Below, one piece after another: positions 1-12,543 of a DNA stretch of 36,543 bases; the first letter of the stretch is position 1; each line of letters opens with the position of its first letter. This DNA is from Sphaeroforma arctica JP610 (lineage: Eukaryota): NCBI RefSeq assembly GCF_001186125.1, contig NW_014040312.1, positions 41,135 to 77,677 on the forward strand. Reading direction: 5' to 3'. The notes beneath the pieces were generated by a model that was given only the letters and a program-made list of their open reading frames with translations, was not told the DNA's origin and made no database searches. The position numbers and the translations under genes are program-made.

Positions 1-59
1 ATATCAGCTCATGAATGCCGCGAACATTGAACGATGGTCGAAATCCATACAATACATAC

Positions 60-1812
60 CCCGATACTATTGCCCATTGATTCTGCACAAATCTCCGCAA
101 AATCTCTTAGCAAACAGCCATAGTACAGTCCATAGAAGAGCATGGTAGTTACGACCTCCATGGCGTACTGGCGTGCCTTGACATCTCTATTCATCGCCGC
201 ACCCCCACCAAACAATATGAGCATGAACAGTATATACCCAGCCAAGCCCACGCCATAGCAGAGCTTATACATCATAAGAAAGTAGTTGTACACCAACTTC
301 GGTGTACGCGAGTGCAATGGCTTGCGTGTCGCCTTGAAGGAGATCCAACCAGTGAGGATACTGAATATGGTCCACACCGTCAGCATCTGGTTCAGACTGT
401 TCCTGATACTGAACCACACGGGCACTACCCACATGGCGAAGAGAGTATACCTGAAGTTGACAACAAAAGGGAGTGTTACTCTATGAAGTATATACATATA
501 CAAGATAAATCTACCGGAGGGCCCGATAGATGAATTGAAATTATGTCGTGAAGATATAAGAAGTGGTGAAGCGTGTTTACCTGAAGTATAAGTATACGGT
601 TATTTAACGTATGGCACAAATATATGATTTGGACGAGAGTAGGGTACGGTGGTCCGGGGGTTCCAAATGTTACTTTCATCGCGTATGTGCGCTTCCGACT
701 GTTGATACTGCCACTCCAGATTACAGGTAACATATAGATATTGCATTAGATCAAAACGAACTAAATGAATAAACTAGAATATTATTTTTCACTAAACCGA
801 CTAACACCCGCTTATATACTTATCTACGCCTCACTGTTACATCCTACATATAATCTGAACACTCGTATGTTTTTGCCTATACGAAGATTCTGAACAAACA
901 CTCCTCATATACCTCTTGTATGATTTCTCGTTGTGTTTCTTCCACAGCATCAGTAAAAACTGTGCACCGATTGTCACCAGCATGATTATAAAGAACATCT
1001 CTGCGTGCATGGAGTCGTGGCCTTCGTGTTCTTTACGGAACGCCAGTACTTCCTGTTTGACTTTGAGGCGACGTATCTGCGTACGAGCGATAACGAATAA
1101 GGAAGTTGATTTAAATGACAATTGTTAGAGGCACGCAATGGGTGGTGTATGTATATTGGCACGTGCACAAAAATTCGAGAATGGATGCCTGTCACATCCG
1201 TATCAATTATATTATTTATGCGAAATCAGGATCCGGGTACGGAGAAGCTAGAAACACCGTATTTCCTAGATTCGAGTGCGCATTTCAATATACACAATAG
1301 ATTTTCAATGTACATAACCATCTATCTTTATGACCATCTACTGCACACATAGATATTTATGTACTAAGCAGTCATGGCAAGTTTATATTCCTTTACGATA
1401 ACATTTCTAACAGGTGTATATTCCTTCACAAGCAGTGTTTCTGAAAAGTACCTATCAAAGTAGATAAGTATTTTGAGTCGCGTACACGCGTACAAAAGGA
1501 CCTAGAGCACACTTGAGGAGTGGTTTTACATCCATATGCATATTAACACGGAATATTCGTGTCATAGCTTTCATATACATTGACATATATACATTCGGCC
1601 TTCACATGTGTGCGTATAGACAAAATACCCGAAAAGATACAGGTATGTGTTTGAGCACATAAATATAGTCATAATGCATATATATATATATATATATATT
1701 GTCACATATACACATATAGGATTATATATCTATACAAATATATACAATCACATACATAGATATTTATATAGATATAAATATAAATTTAGATCTATATATA
1801 TATATATTTATG

Positions 1813-1859
<47 letters not shown>

Positions 1860-2184
1860 TAATTATTTGNNNNNNNNNNNNNNNNNNNNACGTGCGTGTG
1901 TGTTTGTGTGTGTGTGTGTACGCGTTATTTGGTTGTTTTTACATACATATGTTCATAATTTTTATGTTCTTATGCAGTGATTTTATGATGCTCATCTATA
2001 CATAGAGCTGCGATTTCACACCGACACTTACTTGTTCCTCGTTGTAGTTTGTAATATTGTAGGTAATGTTGCCGACGGTCATCATATTAGGATCGAGTGT
2101 CTCGTTCAGAGCGGCCACAGTGGCATTAATACTATCACGAACCATCTCGTCGATTGCTGCGACAGTCGCATTGACGTCCGCCAT
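60..2184 (-). CDS. RNF121: RING finger membrane E3 ubiquitin ligase, RNF121/RNF175 family; 5' partial, exons 2184-2032, 1076-913, 450-60, continuing beyond the left edge
   Basis: Spliced translation MADVNAT...NEEQ|IRRLKVKQE...KEHEGHDSMHAEMFFIIML...WKKHNEKSYKR|YTLFAMWVVPVWFS...KATRKPL...TPKLVYNYFLMMYKLCY...LFYGLYYGCLLRDFAEICAESMGNSIG matches the remembered RNF121 N-terminal/TM region (H.GH..MHAEM, ATRKPL, LFYG.YYG.L.RDFAE). GT-AG sites keep the frame. A second in-frame acceptor exists at 480. The RING exon is not in the window. Confidence 0.88.
1676..1920. repeat. (TA)n/(TG)n microsatellite with assembly gap (N run ~1870-1889), in RNF121 intron 1
   Basis: Dinucleotide runs and Ns are directly visible. 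Confidence 0.9.
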
Positions 2185-2620
2185 GATCGTTATATTTGGT
2201 ATTTTTATATGTATGTATGTCAGAGACTACAAAAAGGCACCAGCGAGTTGAAGCTTTGAACTCATGTGTGCTATTGAATGCGCGCCCTCGTCAAACAGGA
2301 AGTGCGCAATTGAACTTAATTATACGTTCGGACTAACTATGATATACAAGCCAAATATACTCTGTCTTTAAAATAAGCACATACGTGTTTATTTCCGAAT
2401 AAATTCTTTAAATACACGCGTTATGTATGCGAACAACTACGAGTATCGCACGAGCAACTCTTCACTTTGAAAGTTCGAATGTTTGTGATCATGTCATTGA
2501 TCGTTCCGCCCGCCAGAAATTCCACTGACATTGACACCTCTGAAGTCTGATCTCATTGGGGCCTTATTTAAATCAAGTTTCTACGGCAAAAAAACAACCC
2601 AAGTTTATTTGCATCTATTG

Positions 2621-2682
2621 TTGCCGAATTTGCGTACCTTGGGTTTCCGGTTTGCCGAATTTGCGTACCTTGGGTTTCCGGT
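2621..2682. repeat. Perfect 31-bp tandem duplication in the divergent RNF121/OXSM intergenic region
   Basis: TTGCCGAATTTGCGTACCTTGGGTTTCCGGT at 2621-2651 and again at 2652-2682. Confidence 0.9.
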
Positions 2683-3279
2683 TTTCACATTGTGTGCATT
2701 TACCACAGTTACTAAATAGCTACTGGCCTACCGACTACAGTCTACCGACTACCCTACCGAACCGAGTACCGAGAAACAGACTACATACCGTACTATTTTT
2801 AAGTAAATACCGCCTGACACTTGACGACAAGTTGACAGTACCGACGCTATGATGCCAAATTTGGCTGACATTTGTTTTGGCGGTTGTATACCATACATAG
2901 TTGTGTGTGTAAATATATATTTATGTATTTTTGATCTATTTCGATGACCTATATAATATAGGCTATAGCAGAGTAGCGTAAACATACTGGTAATTCATTT
3001 ATACATATATACATATGGTGCTTTACAAAGGTTTGCTGAGTATTCAATTCAAGCATATGACAAGGCTCACCTCTTGTTGTGTGTAAACCCAACATATGTA
3101 TATCATTGTACGTGTTCGGAAACAGGTATATTACAACACAGCATAGCTATAGCGATCGTATATGAATCTATTTGTACCGAACCATAGCCAAGTATCTCAC
3201 AAACACAACATACCTGTAAAACCAACGTATATCAAGCTGCATATACTGAAACGTAGTTGTATATCACATAAATACGACC

Positions 3280-6200
3280 ATGCTTCGTTGCAGCTCCAAG
3301 ATCAACACGGCCCGGGTAGGTCCTAGACAACTCAATATAACAAGCAGTTTATCAATGGCTCTCAGATCGAGTTACAGGATCATACACGCACATCTCTGTA
3401 CACAAACACATACGAATACATACTATACATACTCTAACAATAATAGGCAGGAGCCTTCACATTCATACAACAGTGCTATAACGAGTTTGTCGAAGTCACA
3501 GAGTTGTCGTGGTGTATTCAGATTCAGTCAACGGACACACACAACAGCCTGTACTAACAATGGCGGTACAACATCAGACCCACCCCCACCCCTACCGCAT
3601 CGTCGCGTGGTGGTGACTGGCCTGGGGTTGATCACGCCATTGGCCGTGGGTGTACAGGTGATTTCTCGTGTTCACTTTTCTGTAAAGGTTTGGCGACTTT
3701 CATGTGGTCTTGTCACTTTCGTGTATGGCCCACACGGGTGATTTGTGGTTCACATCTAAGTGCTATATGATTGTTTTGTGACCCTGTGGTGGTGCAAGTC
3801 TATTTCTTTCGTGTCAGTGATATCTACGCGTGTCTGCCGGTATAGTTTGACGGTCTGATTGCTTAGTGGCTCTCATCTCTGTGAATATCACGTTTGTGAT
3901 TACTGTGTGGTGATTAGCAAAGAGTGCTGAACACACACTACAGCAAATGCTAGTAGAGGTGGTGTCATGTCCCATACATTTCTTCCCTTATCGTATTGTC
4001 GTATAGTGATGACTGGCCTGGGTTTGATCATACCGTTGACTATGGGTGTAGAGGTGACACTTGCGAAATGTGTCTGTTTTGTGATCCTTATTTTGGTTTC
4101 AAGTTTCACAGTTGAGTGAAGTTAATGTGTGATTTGTGTGTCACGTCCGTGTTTGTTGTTTGGTGGCTCTCGTGTAGTTAAGTTTAAACACTTTCGTGTT
4201 GTAGACGTGCTTCCATGTTCTGCGCGATTGTGTTGTGACCCTGGTATATTGTGGCCTAGGGCTATCACTTCTTGTAGATGACGTGTGGTACTACTGGGCT
4301 AGCCTGGTTTCGTGCAGCAAATCTCATCAATAGTTTGCTTCTGCTCCCATACCTACCAGGCCACATGGGAGCGGTTGTTGGCTGGTCAATCTGGCGTGCA
4401 CGTGCTTGAGGACGATGACAGCAATACGTTTTCTACGCTTCCCACGAATATAGGTAAAATAGGGTGACTTGCACAGAGACAACGTATTACAAAGATCTTA
4501 CCTACTTGTCGGCCTGCGATTGCGTATCTCAGTGTCTATGGCTGTATGTATATGTATTTATAGGCGAGCATAAACTAGGTGTGGCTTCTTGGCCTATGTT
4601 GTAGCACTGTATACGTATCGACGCTGTTCGAACCCCCTTGGCACATGGTATAGCTGGTCTTGTACTTGTGGTACGGTATCGCCTCGCCACGAACATGTGC
4701 AACTAGTTCTATAGGGAGGCCCGTGATCTGTAGATGTCAGTATTACGTTTGCCAAGTAAATTCATTGTGATAGCACATGACTACCAGGCAAGTGAACGTA
4801 TAGGTTATATCTGCGAGCCAGAATTTGATTTAGTTTATAGAAAGGGTTCAAACGTATAGTAGATGTCTCCGAGACATTTAAGTCTCATCAAATCGATCGT
4901 TGTAAGAGTTGCCTAGTGTGTCAGTTCTATATGCCGGACCGAATGGTCAAGCCAATACTGAACACCACAGTACGCGTTGCGTGGTTTTTGTACACACACT
5001 GGATCGCGCATGCCTATTAATCCAGCGTCGGAGAACTATTCGCAATACCAATTTCGATTACGTATGTATACACATCCAGCAATATAGTACAATAGTACAC
5101 AGTCTAGTGCAACCATACACAATCGACATGCGCTTTGACCTCGTGCAAGAGCTTCCGTTCCTCAAGTCGCTACCAGTTCCGCTCACACGACCACCTGAAG
5201 ACTACGACATAACAGTTGTTTGCACCAGTCACTTTAGTGGCAGGTGCATACATATCCAGTAGCCCAGTACATGCGTAAACCATTTAGTACAATCACGCAA
5301 AATCTATTAATTTCATATACTAGCATAGTACAATAGTACACAATCTAGTACATTGATACACACAGCCCCCGCGTGCTTTAACCTCGCATAGTAGAGGTGC
5401 GATAATTTCCCACGGAGAAGAGCCGCACCAGTTTCGCCAAAAACAATCCCCCCAAAAAAACCCCGATTCACACTCTTCGCATTGCGTACAGTCTGGTCCT
5501 GTCATCCATGATCCGCGCGTGCTATGACTTTGCAGGTGCTATCGTCCCCCACGGAGAAGAGGCCCACCAATTCCGCCCCAACGATCACCTGAAGACCGGG
5601 GAGTCGCGTAGGATACCCCCATTTGCGGTATATGCACTAGCTGCCGCAGACGAAGCCCTAAAGGATGCCAAGTGGACACCCGAGACAGAGACTGAGCAAG
5701 TACGGACGGGCGTGGATATAGGTATGTGATAAGTAGTTTTTCTGCCGTTGTGTAGTTACTGTGAACGTTTGAGATGTCTTAGAAAAGGGGGTTGGGCCTG
5801 AATTGAATCGGAGTGTTGCGGTTGTTTGGGATTGGCCTAGGAATGTATCGGGTGGTTGACGCGTTGCGTTCGTGTTGTATAGTCAGTGTACTTGAGGGAC
5901 GCCAAAGCGCGTGCGGGGTGAATGGTGTAAGGTGTACGCCATGTTCAGGTGCGCTATCGAAAGTTATATTGAATGTAGATAATAAAGATATATTGAATGT
6001 AGATAGCGAAAGTTATATCGAATGTAGATAACGAAACTATATTGAATGTAGATAACGAGAGTTGTGTTGAATTTAGATAACGAAAGTTATATTGAATGTA
6101 GATAACGAAAGTTTTGTTAGCAATTTTGTTTAACTGTCTATATAGCAGTGACTCTTATATACGGAATTAAATCGATGTTTATGTACATATGTGACAGTGC

Positions 6201-7782
6201 GAGTGGTTCAAAAGTTATTTGCGGATGAAAGAATACCAATCAGAGCGTGGCAACAGACTGTCTATGAAGATACTATGATGCAACTCTAGCATGTATACGA
6301 ACTATGCTGATTGTCTTGCCCAGGCGTTTGGTGTACATACGATGTTACTGCTTACCGAACCACTTACCGCAGCGATGGACACCTAGTCAACGGTAGGGGC
6401 GCGGATGCCCTCTCAGTAGTGTATCAACGGACCGAGATACCAGACACACCTCACATACATACCCACCACCAACACACACAACCGCTACTTGCAGGCGTGG
6501 GCATAGTGGGCCTGTCTGAAATAGCCGAAACCACCAACAGCCTGCGCAACGAGGGTTTCAGGCGTGTCAGCCCCTTCTTTGTACCCAGAATACTGGTCAA
6601 CATAGCCGCGGGGCATGTGTCCATGCGCTATGGTCTCAAAGGACCCAACCACGCAGCCTCTACCGCGTGTGCCACGGGGGCGCACAGTATAGGCGATGCC
6701 TTCTTCGTAAGTGGTATCGGAACTTTTTGTTCTTGAATTTTGCAAAGAAGGCATGTATGCCATTGACTCGACTACGTCGCATGGATCGTGAAGGAAGTAG
6801 TGGGGCAGGGAGTAGTCCGCTGGGGGTGTATTCGTTTGGTGATTGCTGTATGGATTAGCGTGTTTGCGATGCTGAGAGTAGCTGTTGTGATGCCAGGAGA
6901 GCTCTGGTGTACATAGTTCCCGGACACACATCCTTTCACTATGACGTGAGATGATCTGACCACGCAGCGTTTACGGGGTGTGCGAATAGGTGTGCACAGT
7001 ATCGGTGATAAATTCCTTGTAAGACGTATAAAAGTTTACGCATCTTGTCAGTGGCGTAAACGTTTTTTCAGGGTGTCCATTCGCAAGGTAAGGTATTTTA
7101 CGTAAATTCTGTGTGTATTAGTTTGATAGCAATGCGTCAGTTGGTACCTGTGAGGAATCTATTGCAGCTTGCTGTCGGACACGTAGTGCCATGGCTAGAG
7201 AAGACCTCGTCTCGCAGCTTCTGTGGCGTGTGTGACGGTTGTGTATAGTATCGGCGATATCATCTTTGAAAGTAACTTTCCTATCGCATCAGTCACTGCT
7301 ATCTTTTCCGCTGGGCCTGCACGCTACACTCCGCTCAGTCGCACCTCTTCCAACAGCTCATACTTATGCTTCGGCGATTCTATGGCATAGTACTTTCTGG
7401 TGTTTCTGTAGCCTCAAATCCAACCACATTTATGTATCTGAGTGCCTGTTCGAGCTCAGGAATACCTCCTTATAGTGGGTACATGTTGGATGGCTACCGA
7501 TTTACTTGCACACGTGACTATTATCTATCACTGCTGAGTCAATCGAGAGTAGGTTTGCGGATTTCATACATAGCTATCGGATTTGCAGGCTAATCGTTAC
7601 TATTATTTGATGATCAGTTGATACGACCCAAACTATCCACACATATGTATNTAATTATATATTATATATTATAATATTAATATATATATATATATATATT
7701 ATATATAATATATTATATATATATATATATAATNTATACATTAAGNNNNNNNNNNNNNNNNNNNNNACTACACTACTACACT

Positions 7783-7852
<70 letters not shown>

Positions 7853-10800
7853 CACCTAAGGGCCTATCGTTACCTATATGTATAGACACTTGTCATACCC
7901 ATATTCATATACATATACCCATATTCATATACGTATATCCATCCTCCACACTACCCGCCCCTCAGCACATCAAGAACGGAAATGCAGATGTGATGGTTGC
8001 AGGAGGTGTGGAGTCGTGTGTATCAGCCGTGAGTGTTGCAGGTTTCGCACGGATCAAGGCACTCTCTACGAAGTACAACGACCAACCAGAACAAGCCAGC
8101 CGGCCCTTCAGTGCGGGCAGGGATGGGTTCGTCATCGGCGAAGGGGCAGGTGTGGCATGTCGTATGAAAATATATGTGTGTATATGCGTAGAAATATACT
8201 GCGTCGTCGCATATTGATAGTTTATGTGTACACACTTAGTAATCAATGGCATTATATCACAAAAAATAGATGTATACAGGCTACAAATATAACGAACAGC
8301 CAGAACAAGCCACCCGGTTCTTTAGTGCGGGCAGGAATGGGTCTATCCTAGGAGAAGGCAACAATGTGACATGTCATATGAATATATATATATATATATA
8401 TATAGATAGATATGTTTTTGTATGTATATGTATATGTATATGGATATGGATATGGATATGGATATGGATATGTATATGTAGAAATGTTTACTTGCGTAAA
8501 AAATACACAGCGGCTTCATATAATAATAAATATATGCGTACACATACTTAAAGAAATACATATGAATGCGTGCATACTTCGAACTGCAACAAGCAACCAG
8601 AACAGGCCGGTCGGCCCTTCACCGTGGGCAGTAGTGATGTTGTTAATCGGCAAATGTGCAGGTGTGGCATGCTATACAGTTATATGTATAGATATGTACT
8701 AAACTATTTGTGCGTACATTAAGTTATGTGTGCACATGACAATATGTTTTTGTACATATGAAACGATTCACAGGGACACTTCAATGGAAACAAATGACTG
8801 TATGCAAATATTGCTAAGCGCGACAGCACGAATAGGGTCTCTGCCCGTATAACAACAAATGTGTGCATTTACTTGCCTTGTTTATCTTGGTGCTTGCCCT
8901 CCAAATACACATCGATTGCCGAGAGTTTATGTGTGTACAAATTTGCTTTGGGAATGGGTATAGACATGTCTAGGGCGATACGTTGTGCACTGGTTCATAT
9001 AAAAGGATCAAGTGGCAATCGTTACATGTTGATTTTTCCGCAATAGCACAAGTTACTCCGGCTAGTACGTAGTAGGTGGAGGGTGGATGGATGTCAACCT
9101 AGACGACCTATATTTGACAGTTGGGAGTGTTGGTATCTCCATAGACTCAATCCGAGGCATGCAAATTCGCGGTGATTTATTTGAGGGTCCAAGGTTTATT
9201 AATTTTACGAATGCTCATCCACGTATTTATGCACAGGCTCGATAAAGAAACAAATTCACTTTGGCATCTGGCAAATTCTTATTCATTTATTTTGTACGCG
9301 TTTGGTTGGAACGATACTCATTCTCTCTATTCGTACCCTATCGTGATCCAGATACCCAGGTACACTCTCATTTAGAACGGTATTCGAATTCTCTATGGTC
9401 ATCTTACAATCTCTCACCCACATGCTACATGTGCACGTCCACAATTCTGTGCACTCCATGGGCATCCTACAAAACTAAAACTCAATCCACACACTTGCGC
9501 GTTTACGCTCAGGTATAATGGTACTCGAAGAGCGAGAACACGCCATCCAAAGGGGTGCCAAGATATACGCAGAGATGCGAGGGTACGGATCCAGTGGAGA
9601 TGCCCATCACTTGACAGCACCCTCACCTGAAGCCACCGGTGCGAAGACGTCTATGGAACTGGCCATACGCATGAGTGGGCTAAGGAAGGATCAGTTTGAC
9701 TATATCAACGCACATGCGACGTCGACACCTATGGGTATGTGGAGGGGGTTCATACGCGTGAACGAGTGCGTAAATGGCTGTCTTGTGATGCATGTGTATC
9801 GACATATATGGATTAGCGGAGAGGGCTTATACGAGTGAATTAGGGCGTAATAGCTGCCTGGTGATGCATATGTGTCAACATCTATGTATCAACGAAAGAG
9901 ACTCCCACGTGTCTACGAGTGTGTAAATGGCTGTGGTGTGGTGCATGTCTATCGACACCTATGGGTGTGTGAGAGGACAGAGAGCTCATACGCGTGTGTG
10001 TGTGCGTAAGAGCTGTAGTGTGGCGGATTGGAACGGTCACCTGTGGGTTGTGCATAAACATGATCAATGGCCTACGTCTGGCAGTTCGATCCGTTAGCAA
10101 AAGACAGCCACTTGAAGTCTATATGGGAAAGATTCGTATGTCGCTCTATTTTGTTCGAGGTCAGTTTCTTATAAATACCGTCCTCTCTGACATGTGTAGC
10201 AAGAGATCAATAAGGAGTACACTCGGGTATAAAACCTTAGATACGGCTAGCGTGGTGTTATAGGTTCAATATCAACTCGATTTGACGCCTGTGAACACGT
10301 AATCTTCATTTCTTCCTCTCTTCAATTCGTTTCTGGGCGGTATTCCAAAGATCCATGGTAGATTGAGGGTCTTTCGGTAATCCACAATAAATGTTAAATG
10401 AGATATTTGCTTCTGTGTGTCCGTATCTACCCAGGTGATACCCTCGAGGCGATGGCTATCAGTTCTGTTTTTGGGGACCATGCTCCGAACATATCTGTAT
10501 CGTCCACAAAGGTATGTTTGTTAGAATAAGTAGTAATGTTGTAGTATATTCTAGTAAACAGTCAGTATATCTGTTGTTCTTCGTGCGAAACAACTAGATC
10601 ATACAATTCGATCTAGGAGTATGTGCACAGTTATGGTCTTTCTTCGCGATGTATCCATCTTTGTGAACACTTGAGTACATCTTTGCTCGCCTCGCGACAG
10701 CTAAGTGGGTAGCCACGCACAGGAGTCCACTCATACGCGAATATATATACACGCACCCACACACACACATATATATATATACATATATATATACCTGTCG

Positions 10801-11635
10801 CTATGCACAAGCGCATGAATGTACCCATTACAGTGGCGAAAACAGTGGCACTTGAGATCTGAATCGTTGTTCACTTCTGAGAGTGTCCTAGTGTACCGAT
10901 GCGTAGCATTGCTTCTGTACTTACCACCTAGGTAGATATAATTAGTTGGTCGGAGTAGACATCAAACACTTTGCTTGCTATTAAATTGGTAGCTGTAGCC
11001 TGTGCGTGTGTGTGCTTACGTCATGAAAGCGTAAACAAATGAGTTTTACTTTGGCGCGCTACTCTCGTCTACACACACCGACCTGCGCGGATGTCCTTCC
11101 CTGTAGCGCATTCGTTTGGTTACGATGGATCTATCACAATTTGTAGATCAAATAGTGTCCCATACTGATATCGTATCATTGTTCTCTATACAAATCTTCC
11201 GAACCCGACAGGGCGCAACAGGTCATCTGCTGGGAGCCGCGGGTGCGGTCGAGAGTATATTCGCCGTTCTAAGCATAGAAAATGTAATCTTGCACGCGCT
11301 TCTATATCTTTTGTGTTGTCGTAGATGTAATTGGCATGTTGATGTACTATTCTTGCTTTCTCATATGCTTGGCAATGGTGACTACAATGATGAAAAATGT
11401 CGATGTTTCACGCACGATCAGTGTAACGCTGGCCTAGATCGTCTGAGAATGCGCTATATAGACGCAACTCGAAAATATGTGCTGGTGGTATTTATTTTAC
11501 TATAAAAATATGCATCGTAATATATAGTATATATATATTTCATCGTTTGAGTTGAGTGCGGCTCTGTCGTGCACCATACATACCCAATTCAATGTCTAGT
11601 GCAAGAGCGTTCTTCGCCCCTGTCATTATTACAAG

Positions 11636-11697
<62 letters not shown>

Positions 11698-12543
11698 GCA
11701 TATATATATATATCTATATCTATATATCTATATATCTATATATGTATATATATATATATATATATTTGTGTGTGTATGTACATATACATGTATATATATT
11801 TATAATATATATATATATATATAGCACGTGACTGCCGAAGTACGGCCTGGCTATAGTTCGGCTATACATTTGTAGAGCTTCCTTTCGATCATTGTCTGAG
11901 TCTGTAGTCTGCGCGAATAAATGGATATCGTTATGGCTTCGCGTCACTTGTGTATTTTCCAATTACCTATATCCAGTAGCATACTAAATACATGCACTAC
12001 AATGGTATGTGTATGTTCGTGTCTGGTAATCTGTTTTTTCACATGCAACAGTGCCTCGTGTCTGTGTTTGCATATACTATACAATTTTTCGATAACATGT
12101 AATATACAATTGTACAACATGTACTATACAGTCTTTCGATATAATACAGGGAGTGAACTACGCTGTACATGGCCTATACTTGCTTCTCATCCAGTGGTTT
12201 TCGAAACAACAATTAAAATTGGTTCTTGCATTCGAACAGGAATGCTATTGTTCCAAGAACGGGAAGTGAAAACGTACCCACACAAAGACGACACGTGATT
12301 GTACTGACTTTCAATCTAACTCTAGGGCATTTCTCCCATCTACAGGGCAAAATACCCCAAACCCTAAATCTGGAGACAGTGGACCCCGAGATTGCCAAGT
12401 ACAACCTCGACCTGGTTGCAGGTCAGCCGAAAGAGAGAGCAGTGCGTGCCGTACTGTCCAATTCGTTCGGATTCGGTGGCACGAATGCCTCATTGTGTTT
12501 CGCAGAGCACTTGAACGACGCAGCAAGTGACGAGAAAATATAG
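3280..12543 (+). CDS. OXSM: Mitochondrial 3-oxoacyl-[acyl-carrier-protein] synthase (KAS II/FabF-type); exons 3280-3657, 4360-4453, 5536-5721, 6495-6706, 7966-8149, 9513-9734, 10435-10511, 11212-11283, 12346-12543
   Basis: Exons join in frame at GT-AG sites. Motifs: [17 protein letters not shown], catalytic Cys in [18 protein letters not shown]...[55 protein letters not shown]. The long R/S-rich N-terminus resembles a mitochondrial presequence. The start codon is the least certain part. Confidence 0.93.
5959..6116. repeat. ~25-bp minisatellite, ~6 copies, in OXSM intron 3
   Basis: Unit CGAAAGTTATATTGAATGTAGATAA repeated with few substitutions. Confidence 0.9.
7651..7851. repeat. (TA)n microsatellite with assembly gap, OXSM intron 4
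   Basis: TA runs and an N run are visible. Confidence 0.9.
11636..11822. repeat. (TA)n microsatellite, OXSM intron 8
   Basis: Long TA run; it explains the YIYI ORFs. Confidence 0.9.

Noticed and set aside
11556..11831. YIYIYI-type ORFs (also 1647-1859, 8343-8702, 19530-19796)
   Set aside because: Translations of (TA)n/(TG)n microsatellites in introns.
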